Source: a virus
Direction: 5' to 3' (one strand)
Length of the DNA stretch: 37,490 bases
IMG/VR virus record: IMGVR_UViG_3300010400_000020
Span: 1 to 37,490 of that record
Position 1 is the stretch's first letter; every line of letters begins with the position of its first letter. The translations under genes and the position numbers were made by a program. The notes under the pieces were generated by a model. It was given only the letters and a program-made list of their open reading frames with translations. It did not search any database and had not been told where the DNA came from. Positions 1 to 7,303 of this stretch are shown here, piece by piece.

Positions 1-123
1 AGCCATAGCAATATTAGCTGTGGCTTTAGACATTAATTCTTTTAGTTTAGCCTCTTCAAATGCATGCTGAATTCCTACTTGTTCTTGCTGTACAGCTTGA
101 GCTTGTTCTTCTTGTTGTTGTAG
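1..123. repeat. Exact 123-bp terminal overlap, identical to 37368..37490 (circular closure or terminal redundancy signature)
   Basis: Read directly: bases 1-123 (agccatagcaatattagctg...cttcttgttgttgtag) recur verbatim as the last 123 bases. Unique genome length is therefore 37,367 bp. Confidence 0.95.
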
Positions 124-1755
124 GAATGGAACGATTTGGCCTTTTCCGGTGATATTTAGCTTTGGAATGATCATAGAAGGAGGAAATACTTCTCTTCCAA
201 AGGCTGCGTTGATATCCAGCATATTTTGAGCTTGTAAATTTTGCTGAGTAGGCGTCAATTCCCCTTCCTCAACTACAGTTTTATACTTAGCAAATATTTT
301 AGAGTAAAAATGGGGACTAGGATCTTCTCCAATTAATAAGGAAACTTTTTCAGCATTCCAGTTATTGATAGCGATTTGCAAAAGCCTTTCCCCAAGTAAT
401 TTCAAAGATGTATCCCATTGATCAAAATACTTTTGGAATGGGAGAAGATTGGCAGCTTGCTTCATCATTAATGTTAAAGAAGAAATTTGCTTGTCTTGCT
501 GTCCAGACCAGTTTTCAATATCAATCCCGGATGTTTTAAAGATAAGATCAGCCATTTGTTGTGCTAAAGCTAAATCAGATTCCGGAACAGCACTAGGAAT
601 GATCTTTTCGACATCTCCTAGCTCATACCCTTCATTGATAATCACATCCCAGCCTTGGCCTGCTTTTTTGAGATTATCTTCATTAGCAACGGCTCCAATC
701 TTTCTCTTCCATCCAGCATTGATCGTCGCAGCGGCGATATCATTGTTTTGGATCACTTTGTAGTTGAATAAGAACTGAGGTGATCTCATCGTATAAATTA
801 GGCTTCTGGAACGCAGCTCGTATTGATTTATATGAGGATCATAATTCCAAAAGGAAGGAATAAATGGACATTCAGGACCATCCCAAAGAGGATTATCGCC
901 TTGAAACATCAGTTGATCATTAAGAACTACTGCAACTTTCCAACATGGAGCATCTACAGTCACTTCTTCCATGTCATCTATGCTATAAAGAATTTTCTCT
1001 AATTGGTCATCGCCACCCGCATAATCGAAGAATTGGTTTCTCTTACGAGAATAAAGGCGCTTTTTCTTCTTTTTCCATTTGTACCATATGTAAGAAAGAA
1101 CCATTAGGTCATTTCTAGACATATTATAGTTTTCAGGAAGGAAATAGAAATTACCATATCGTTGAGGAGTTCCAGACATCGGACGAACATTTTGTATCTT
1201 ATCTGGGAAACGTGTTTCAGCCTCTTGTTTGCTGATATATTCCTGACACCAAACAAATTGTGCATCTGACATATCAGGCTGTCTGAAGAATGGGTCTACT
1301 AGAAAGCTATTGTATTCCCAAACCTTCAATTTAAGCTGGCCTTGAGCAGGATCATCTCCTGTGAAGTCTAGATATGGCTGCATTAAATTCATTCCTGCAA
1401 CGCTAGCTAGCTCGCAACTCTTTGAAAACTGCTCGTGAATCCCCTCTTTTTGGCATACATTCATTATGAGCTTCGTGTACTGGTCGATCGTATGGGGATC
1501 TGCTCCGTCTATGTCTTGGTAAATTATCGATTTTCTGTGCTGTCTTTGGTATCCAGTCACCATATTCACTGGCTGCTGGACTAGATTGAAATAGTACTGT
1601 TGGTAATTCATTCCAGGAGAGAAGTTGAAGTATCTATTAACAAAGCTTTGTGAACCGGCATAGAAAAGCGTATCGATATTCGCTTGATTCCACCTTGCTT
1701 GTTCAATGGGTTGGAACCTAGAATAGAGATTATCCATCCATGAACGGATGTTCAT
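1..1755 (-). CDS. Portal protein, N-terminal 585 codons. The ORF leaves the left edge and continues in frame at 37367..37038 (694 aa in total across the circular junction).
   Basis: ATG at 1755 (MNIRSWMDNLYSRFQPIEQARWNQANIDTLFYAGSQ...). Hand translation of the minus strand shows no stop down to base 1. 1755-33 is divisible by 3, so it is in frame with the MSKATANIAMA... ORF listed at 37038..37400. It is absent from the ORF track, presumably because it has no stop inside the window edge. An approx 700-aa gene directly downstream of terL is the canonical portal position. Confidence 0.75.
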   Translation of the reverse strand, partial: MNIRSWMDNLYSRFQPIEQARWNQANIDTLFYAGSQSFVNRYFNFSPGMNYQQYYFNLVQQPVNMVTGYQRQHRKSIIYQDIDGADPHTIDQYTKLIMNVCQKEGIHEQFSKSCELASVAGMNLMQPYLDFTGDDPAQGQLKLKVWEYNSFLVDPFFRQPDMSDAQFVWCQEYISKQEAETRFPDKIQNVRPMSGTPQRYGNFYFLPENYNMSRNDLMVLSYIWYKWKKKKKRLYSRKRNQFFDYAGGDDQLEKILYSIDDMEEVTVDAPCWKVAVVLNDQLMFQGDNPLWDGPECPFIPSFWNYDPHINQYELRSRSLIYTMRSPQFLFNYKVIQNNDIAAATINAGWKRKIGAVANEDNLKKAGQGWDVIINEGYELGDVEKIIPSAVPESDLALAQQMADLIFKTSGIDIENWSGQQDKQISSLTLMMKQAANLLPFQKYFDQWDTSLKLLGERLLQIAINNWNAEKVSLLIGEDPSPHFYSKIFAKYKTVVEEGELTPTQQNLQAQNMLDINAAFGREVFPPSMIIPKLNITGKGQIVPFLQQQEEQAQAVQQEQVGIQHAFEEAKLKELMSKATANIAMA

Positions 1756-1862
1756 TTCTGATGGCTCTAAATTATTGTTAAATGGGGGTGAATAGAAAGA
1801 CGTAAAAACCTCTGATTTAATAATTGATACCTTAGCATTAAATATTTTATTATTGCAATACC

Positions 1863-3167
1863 CTAAAATCTCCTTGTGGGTTCGAACCTATTCCGCTGAA
1901 AATCCTGTGACATTTGCTGCTGCTTATAAGGATCATATTTAGCAATTTTATGGGTATAAACACAATATCTTGCTGCATCTATGCAGTGATCGTCCCTCTT
2001 TAATGGCCTATCCTCTCCTTTTTCGCTCGCTTTTGGATCCCAGGAATAAGATTCTAATTCTTTAATCATAGTGGGACAGTCTTCGCATATGAAGATATTG
2101 CCTTTTCGCATCTCAGATGTAAAAAAGGTTATGCCACTAAGTACATCATTATCCGCATCAATGACGTGTATTCCACGTCTTTGTAGCTCAACTTTGAAGG
2201 ATGCAGCACTAGGATCGACATAAACTCCCTTTAAACCATAAGGCTCTAAGAACTCCTGTACGTCATCAGCATATTCGCTATTGGTTTTTTGCCTGCCTTT
2301 CTCCTTTGAATTCCAAACATATTCTTTTTCAAACCATCTACATACACCTGTTTGCGTTGTTATCCCTGTATTCACTCCCATTAGAACACACGCAAAGTTA
2401 TTGGATGTGCCGTAATCGATGCCAGCTACCCAGTACTCAGCAGCACGGGGAGGCCTTTTCACTACATAAATTTTTCTATCAAAAAAATCAAATATGGCTC
2501 CCTCAGCGAGGCACCATAAGCCCAAATAATTCCTTTTGTAGAACAGTCCTGATAAACTGTCTCTAATACGTTGCTTGTAGCTATTATCAACGTAAGGATT
2601 GTCGTCCAAAGAAAAATGAAGCGCATAATAATTTTTATCTCCTTCTTCAGCTTTATCTATCCATTTTTTTATTTTATGTCCAGGATGACTAGGGTTCATA
2701 GAAGCAAATCCCATAGAGTGAGGATTGCTTAAACGAGTGTCTATCATATCTATTATTGATTCTGGATACAAAGTCATTTCATCGCAATAGACTAAGGACA
2801 TAGTTTTTCCTTGAAACTGACCAATGGCCCCCTCGTCCTTTGCTCCTAATGTCTGTATAGTTTTATCTCGGAATTTGAGTTGCCTCTTTCCAGAAAACCA
2901 TGAACAAAACGGCCTGAATATGGCCAGTTGTTCGCTCTCAAGTAGTAGTCTAACTGCGTTTTGGTATATGGTGTCTGAGCTATGGCCGACCATGAATATT
3001 TGGCTATCAGGACAAGAATTTACGGCTTCCATAAATCGAAAGAGCGTTCCAACTGTTTTCCCGCTTCTAACGCTCCCATGGGCTAAATTCCAGTGTCTTG
3101 TTGAATGAACAATAAATTCTATTTGCTTATTTGATAATGGTTTCTGCATATCTTGCAATATATACAA
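1863..3167 (-). CDS. terL: Terminase large subunit (PBSX/Terminase_3-type)
   Basis: 434-aa ORF with Walker A GSVRSGKT and Walker B-like LVYCDE. Nuclease-domain motifs AGIDYG and DHCIDAARY are typical of large terminases. The track start at 3167 is TTG; the first ATG is at 3149. Confidence 0.9.
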   Translation of the reverse strand: MYILQDMQKPLSNKQIEFIVHSTRHWNLAHGSVRSGKTVGTLFRFMEAVNSCPDSQIFMVGHSSDTIYQNAVRLLLESEQLAIFRPFCSWFSGKRQLKFRDKTIQTLGAKDEGAIGQFQGKTMSLVYCDEMTLYPESIIDMIDTRLSNPHSMGFASMNPSHPGHKIKKWIDKAEEGDKNYYALHFSLDDNPYVDNSYKQRIRDSLSGLFYKRNYLGLWCLAEGAIFDFFDRKIYVVKRPPRAAEYWVAGIDYGTSNNFACVLMGVNTGITTQTGVCRWFEKEYVWNSKEKGRQKTNSEYADDVQEFLEPYGLKGVYVDPSAASFKVELQRRGIHVIDADNDVLSGITFFTSEMRKGNIFICEDCPTMIKELESYSWDPKASEKGEDRPLKRDDHCIDAARYCVYTHKIAKYDPYKQQQMSQDFQRNRFEPTRRF

Positions 3168-3203
3168 TAAATTTATTATATTCGAAGCAAAAAAAGAGAG
3201 AAA

Positions 3204-3443
3204 ATGCGTAGAAATCTTACATTTAAAGAAAGAATATTTATTTTAAAACTAGTTGAAAATGGAATGGCTGCTCTAGAAATAGCGGAATATTTCGGTGTCA
3301 ATCCTGCAACTATATTCCGATTCCTAAAAAATGAAGGCTTGAAAGTCAGTAAAAAAACCAATAGACAGATCATTGAAGAATACAAAGAAATGAAAAAACA
3401 AGAACTTAGAAAAATAGTCGAGGAATATGAAAAACAGAGCTAA
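3204..3443 (+). CDS. Small helix-turn-helix DNA-binding protein (resolvase/IS30-type HTH)
   Basis: 79-aa ORF with a purine-rich stretch upstream. HTH-like segment LVENGMAALEIAEYFGVNPATIFRFLK. Lies on the opposite strand to the flanking terS and terL. Confidence 0.6.
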   Translation: MRRNLTFKERIFILKLVENGMAALEIAEYFGVNPATIFRFLKNEGLKVSKKTNRQIIEEYKEMKKQELRKIVEEYEKQS

Positions 3444-3795
3444 ATGTAAATTATGCAAAAGTATTATCGAAAGCTTCCACGATACAGATTATGTTAGATG
3501 CTCTTGTGGGGAGATCTACGTAGATGGGGGCAATGCTTTCAGATGTGGGGCGACGGACTGGGATAATTTTCTAAGAGTCGATGAAAAGGGAAATGAAATC
3601 GCCATAAAAGTTGAGAAAAATATCAGCTCAAAACCAACCAAACATGATTTATTGAAAATGCTTGATGAAATGATAACTTCCTATGAAGGACTACCTCCTC
3701 AAGCTATGATAAACCCAATAACACACTACGACTTTTTGTCTGCTTTGTTATTGCTTTCATCTATACTCAAAGGCTCTCTCAAAGAGGATAACTGA
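3427..3795 (+). CDS. Zinc-ribbon protein of unknown function
   Basis: 122-aa ORF with GAGGA SD upstream; overlaps the previous ORF by 17 nt. N-terminus has CKLC...CSCG...C cysteine pairs. The last 70 nt overlap the 3' end of terS convergently. Confidence 0.55.
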   Translation: MKNRAKCKLCKSIIESFHDTDYVRCSCGEIYVDGGNAFRCGATDWDNFLRVDEKGNEIAIKVEKNISSKPTKHDLLKMLDEMITSYEGLPPQAMINPITHYDFLSALLLLSSILKGSLKEDN

Positions 3796-4181
3796 TTCAT
3801 TACAGCTTCATAATTTTCGAGCGTTTTTTCAGCTATAGCAGTATCGACTGGTGATTCGGACTGTTTTAATCTATTTTTCCCAAGCCAAATTAAAAGAGTA
3901 TTATCTCCTTTATCAGTTAAACCAAGTGCTTTAGCATATTGGTGTGCTCGTATTAAAGCCTCACCTTTTGATCTTTTTTCTTGAGAAAACTCAGAATACT
4001 TTATTCCAAGATCAGTTTCGCATCTAGCATATAATGTTCTATCACTACATCCAAAATAACCAGCTATTTCAGGAGCGGAACAACCTGCTATTAAAAGTTC
4101 CTCGATTTTTTTCCAATCTATATTTGCTTTAGGTCTTCCACCTAGATCTACAGTTTCTTCTGTGGTTGTATTTTCTTCCAT
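3726..4181 (-). CDS. terS: Terminase small subunit
   Basis: Track ORF is 3726..4217; the likely start is ATG 4181 (MEENTTTEETVDLGGRPKANIDWKKIEELLIAGCSAPEIAGYFGCSDRTLY). GRP followed by an HTH is the usual small-terminase N-terminus. Same strand as terL. Confidence 0.7.
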   Translation of the reverse strand: MEENTTTEETVDLGGRPKANIDWKKIEELLIAGCSAPEIAGYFGCSDRTLYARCETDLGIKYSEFSQEKRSKGEALIRAHQYAKALGLTDKGDNTLLIWLGKNRLKQSESPVDTAIAEKTLENYEAVMNQLSSLREPLSIDESNNKADKKS

Positions 4182-4349
4182 GATTGACAATATACACATA
4201 GACTTTTTTTGACACAAATATAAGTCAAAATTTACATGACATGAATTTGTTACGACTTTTTCTTTCTATATAATCTTAGGTGGCCAAACTTCTTTTTTCA
4301 CTTCACATTCCGAACACATTTTAATCCTATTAAGAGTAAAAACTTCTTT

Positions 4350-4562
4350 TTAAACTTTTTCTTCTTCTCGTGCTTCTTCTACTAAAATCCATTTTTTAGC
4401 GACTTTATTGGTTTTTTTTTCAGTGTCCATACACAAAACCCTATTTCTCATGTTTATTCTTTTCACATACCCAAGAAAAATGTTCTCTTCTTCGTCTAAG
4501 AACATATATTTATATTTTTCACCTACACAAGGTCTTTCATTTCTAACATCAATCCAATCCAT
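4350..4562 (-). CDS. Hypothetical small phage protein (DUF551-like N-terminus)
   Basis: 70-aa ORF. MDWIDVRNERP resembles the W-I-x-V-x-x-x-x-P start of DUF551-type proteins. This is weak, recall-based evidence. Confidence 0.4.
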   Translation of the reverse strand: MDWIDVRNERPCVGEKYKYMFLDEEENIFLGYVKRINMRNRVLCMDTEKKTNKVAKKWILVEEAREEEKV

Positions 4563-4564
4563 AT

Positions 4565-4660
4565 TTATCCCATATCTTCAACAAATTCATAATATATCCA
4601 AATCCAAATCCAAATCAAAATGTTCAGGAAAACACCAAAGAGAAATTGTCCTCTACTCAT
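4565..4660 (-). CDS. Candidate 31-codon hydrophobic micro-ORF
   Basis: MSRGQFLFGVFLNILIWIWIWIYYEFVEDMG, below the track cutoff. AGGGA lies 5-6 nt upstream and the stop is 2 nt before the next ATG. A (tccaaa)x3 tandem repeat on the plus strand encodes IWIWIW. Confidence 0.3.
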   Translation of the reverse strand: MSRGQFLFGVFLNILIWIWIWIYYEFVEDMG

Positions 4661-4732
4661 AAAATCCCTATACTACATTTTTCCAATATATAATAACCTC
4701 ATTTGTATAGTGAAATATTTAATCAATTATCA

Positions 4733-4927
4733 TCATTTCCGATTCTCTTCTATTTTGCATAATCTATTATGAAAATCTTTCATTTCATCGTGAATCGCCC
4801 TTACAAGTTCTCTTGTAGACTCTAATTTGTTATCCATATGCCTTATATCAGCTCTTGATTCTGTTCTATTCCATATGAACAGTCCAAAAACTCCAATAAA
4901 AAATATTGCAAATTGTGTCCATTCCAT
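4733..4927 (-). CDS. Small bitopic membrane protein, paralog A of the TM plus coiled-coil family
   Basis: Track ORF is 4733..4972; the likely start is ATG 4927 (MEWTQFAIFFIGVFGLFIW...), 2 nt after the upstream stop. C-terminal AIHDEMKDFHNRLCKIEEN is near-identical to AIHNEMKDFHGRLCAIEER in ORF 20589..20813. Confidence 0.7.
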   Translation of the reverse strand: MEWTQFAIFFIGVFGLFIWNRTESRADIRHMDNKLESTRELVRAIHDEMKDFHNRLCKIEENRK

Positions 4928-4929
4928 GT

Positions 4930-5151
4930 TTATTCTCCTTTTAATTTTTGTTGTATCGTCTGCAAAATCCAACCTGTCTTTGAAATTCCGACAGTATTTT
5001 CCATAAATTCATCAATTTCCCTCGACATCTTTTTGGGCAGGCGCAAAGTAAATCTGACGAATTCTTCATTAGATTCCACATCAGATTTAACATTTCCCCC
5101 TTTTTCAATAATTCGATCAATTTCTCTTGGTTTAAGTTGTTTTATCGTCAT
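4930..5151 (-). CDS. Ribbon-helix-helix protein, ParG/CopG-like partner of ParA
   Basis: 73-aa ORF directly downstream of parA. RFTLRLPKKMSREIDEF...SKTGWILQTIQQKL fits the beta-strand/helix/helix RHH pattern. Confidence 0.65.
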   Translation of the reverse strand: MTIKQLKPREIDRIIEKGGNVKSDVESNEEFVRFTLRLPKKMSREIDEFMENTVGISKTGWILQTIQQKLKGE

Positions 5152-5173
5152 TTATGCGTCTCCTTCTCGTCTT

Positions 5174-5833
5174 TTATGATAATAAACTACATACTTTAGG
5201 TGTATAAATGTAGTCATATAGACATGTCATTTCAGTAATGGATTTCATATCTTTCGTTTTTAATTCTGAAACTCCAAGACCCTCAGAAGCTGCGTTGCCG
5301 AATGCTTTTCTATATCCTATCGTACAAGGAACGCACTCTAAGTCTTCAAATTCTTTTAGCACTTCCATTGTTGACTGATTATCTTCTCCTCTGGAATCTG
5401 CTTGGTTTATTACAGCTATGCATCTCAGATCAGAATTTACACTCTTTATTTCGGCTATCATATTTCTGAGAGGTCCAACAGTCCAAATATCAAGAGATCT
5501 AGGCTTGAATGGAATTACGAATATATCGGCTATCGTGAGAGCTGATCGTTGGCTAGTAGTATCCCTTCCACCAACATCTATTATAATATCGTCATAATCT
5601 TTCACCATTTTCTGAATCTGATTATTTACTGCTTTCCCAGAAAGTTCAATGGTTGTGAATTTTGTCTGAGTTTCGGAATCTTCTCTTTGTTGTGCCCAAT
5701 CACAAGAAGACTTCTGCTCGTCTGCATCAACTAGTAAGACTTTCTTACCAGCTGAAGATCTCATTACGGTTAAATTTGTGGCTAACGTTGTTTTCCCGCT
5801 TCCGCCTTTAATTCCCCCAAATACTATAATCAT
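5174..5833 (-). CDS. parA: ParA-family partition ATPase (small, type Ib-like)
   Basis: 219 aa. Deviant Walker A GGIKGGSGKTT, then LLVDADEQ and a Walker B-like IIIDVGG. Confidence 0.9.
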   Translation of the reverse strand: MIIVFGGIKGGSGKTTLATNLTVMRSSAGKKVLLVDADEQKSSCDWAQQREDSETQTKFTTIELSGKAVNNQIQKMVKDYDDIIIDVGGRDTTSQRSALTIADIFVIPFKPRSLDIWTVGPLRNMIAEIKSVNSDLRCIAVINQADSRGEDNQSTMEVLKEFEDLECVPCTIGYRKAFGNAASEGLGVSELKTKDMKSITEMTCLYDYIYTPKVCSLLS

Positions 5834-5878
5834 GTGTCATACCTATGCTTTTTTTATGCATACACTGTGTTAAAATTA

Positions 5879-5891
5879 CGCCAATTTGGCG
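5879..5891. promoter_or_regulatory. Palindrome CGCCAA-T-TTGGCG upstream of parA (candidate operator or centromere-like site)
   Basis: Perfect 6+1+6 palindrome, GC-rich in AT-rich DNA, flanked by imperfect AATT arms. Lies 46 bp upstream of the parA ATG. Confidence 0.4.
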
Positions 5892-5936
5892 AATTATGTG
5901 CGTATAGTATAGGTCAATGTGACATTCAAATCAAGT

Positions 5937-6158
5937 CTATTTGAAGCAAAGATGGCATTTCCATTTCCTTTCTGAAAAGTCATAGTTGCACTCTTCGCAT
6001 TTCCTAAGGCAATCGTCGCAAACAACATATGTTACTAGTGAATTTCTTCCATAAAAGTACTCTCTCTTTATGGTGACATTCGGGGGATCTACTTTCATCA
6101 GCATAGAAAATAGCTTGAGTTTGATCCACTCAAGAATGGTGTACTTAGGTTGCTTCAT
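5937..6158 (-). CDS. Cysteine-rich (zinc-binding-like) hypothetical protein
   Basis: 73-aa ORF. C-terminal CDDC..KCEEC.......KCHLC cysteine pairs. Confidence 0.5.
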   Translation of the reverse strand: MKQPKYTILEWIKLKLFSMLMKVDPPNVTIKREYFYGRNSLVTYVVCDDCLRKCEECNYDFSERKWKCHLCFK

Positions 6159-6175
6159 AATTTTTTGATAAATTA

Positions 6176-6424
6176 CTATTTATTTTCTCTGTCATATGGT
6201 GGTTCTTTTCTTTCAAACTTAACTGTGAAATGTTTCTCAAGTATTTCAATGACTGCTTGTGCGAAGTCATTGGGTTTAGCGTCGGGATATTGTTCTACGT
6301 TAAATAGGATACCTTTTCCTTTGACAATTTTCATAACCCATTTCCCTGGCTCTGCCGAGAAAACTATTTCGCTTGGTGCATTCCGTTCTATGTTTATAGA
6401 TTCATCACACGTCAAATTTTCCAT
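6176..6424 (-). CDS. Hypothetical protein
   Basis: 82-aa ATG-initiated ORF, co-oriented with its neighbours. No motif recognised. Confidence 0.5.
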   Translation of the reverse strand: MENLTCDESINIERNAPSEIVFSAEPGKWVMKIVKGKGILFNVEQYPDAKPNDFAQAVIEILEKHFTVKFERKEPPYDRENK

Positions 6425-6655
6425 ATTTATTCCTTTAAATTTTAGGATTCATCAATATATTCTCAAAAAATTCCTTTCTCTTACTTTTTTTTGCCATTAT
6501 TCACCTTGATTTTAAATTCATTCTAGTAGCAATAAATTTTAGGTCTGATAATATATGTTCTGTTCCTTTTCAACCGTACGAAACTATCGTACACTTATGT
6601 GTGAACTATTGTGGAAAATCCGTACGCATTTTACAAAATCTATGAACATCAAATT

Positions 6656-7054
6656 TCACTCATTTTTCAATGAATTCTCAAAATCTTCATCTAATTTGCA
6701 TAAAGAACTTTCCATGGCCTTAAAAAAATCGTCAAGGAAGGCCTTTCTTTTGCTAATGGGAAGGTTTTCGTATATATCGAAGGTTAAGATGTTGACTAAA
6801 GCCATATGAAAGCAAACGGGATTGTCGTATTCTTCCGCCACATCCAATATCCTATTCGAGATATCTAATAGCACTCTTCTATCCATCATGTTAGAATTTG
6901 TCACATTTTTTCCATCAATTATGTACCGCCCTCGTCTGAAAAAGCATTCTTCGTGTTCTTTTTCCATACATCCTTCGTCTTTTAGACGTATTTTATGCGT
7001 AAAATATCCGTCACTATTTTTTACGATCACACATTCACTAAAATAATGGATCAT
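6656..7054 (-). CDS. Hypothetical protein
   Basis: 132-aa ATG-initiated ORF in AT-rich DNA. No motif recognised. Confidence 0.55.
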   Translation of the reverse strand: MIHYFSECVIVKNSDGYFTHKIRLKDEGCMEKEHEECFFRRGRYIIDGKNVTNSNMMDRRVLLDISNRILDVAEEYDNPVCFHMALVNILTFDIYENLPISKRKAFLDDFFKAMESSLCKLDEDFENSLKNE

Positions 7055-7123
7055 AACGATGAATAATCTTCTGGCTAAATTTTTTTAGAATCTGGTAGAT
7101 TGAATTAGTCATCGTTTTCCCAT

Positions 7124-7158
7124 AGTGGGCGCTACTGTTCATAGCGCCTACTTCTTTC
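7124..7158. terminator. GC-rich 11-bp hairpin (AGTGGGCGCTA-ctgttca-TAGCGCCTACT) followed by TCTTTC on the plus strand
   Basis: Stem read directly. The U-rich tail is on the plus strand only. Lies in the 250-bp gap downstream of rep. Confidence 0.4.
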
Positions 7159-7266
7159 ACACCTAGTCTATACGAAATTTACTTTTATCCAAGCCATAAA
7201 AATATCTCTATGTTAAATTTTCTGTTTATGGTATTTCTTGTACTCAGAAAACACCATTTAAAGAGG

Positions 7267-7301
7267 GCGCGGCGCTACACAGGGTAGCGTTCGTGCTTTT
7301 T
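7267..7301. terminator. Strong hairpin abutting the rep stop codon (probable bidirectional terminator)
   Basis: GCGCGGCGCTAC-acagg-GTAGCG(t)TCGTGC, 12 bp with one bulge. TTTTT follows on the plus strand. On the minus strand an A-tract precedes it and CCTCTTT follows. Confidence 0.55.
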
Positions 7302-7303
7302 CT

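Noticed and set aside
1-123. Interpreting the 123-bp end repeat as a T7-like physical direct terminal repeat.
   Set aside because: The repeat lies within the portal coding sequence, and the terminase looks like a headful (PBSX/P22) type. Circular closure or permutation is the simpler reading, though only read data can settle it.
449-763. Plus-strand 104-aa ORF at the left end.
   Set aside because: It lies inside the minus-strand portal reading frame, which is open over the whole of 1..1755. It has no SD and a low-complexity product.
1878-1888. GGGTTCGAACC, which resembles a tRNA T-loop.
   Set aside because: The flanking bases cannot form a T-stem (GTGGG versus CTATT) or an acceptor stem, and it lies inside the 3' end of terL.
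4596-4620. (TCCAAA)x3 tandem hexamer repeat, considered as a possible phase-variable or bent-DNA element.
   Set aside because: There are only three units. It is adequately explained as the IWIWIW-coding part of a candidate micro-ORF, or as simple AT-rich sequence.
6150-7046. Plus-strand ORFs 6150..6509, 6555..6809 and 6822..7046.
   Set aside because: They overlap co-oriented minus-strand ORFs with proper ATG starts, or run through intergenic AT-rich DNA. Their products are low-complexity and they have no SD.
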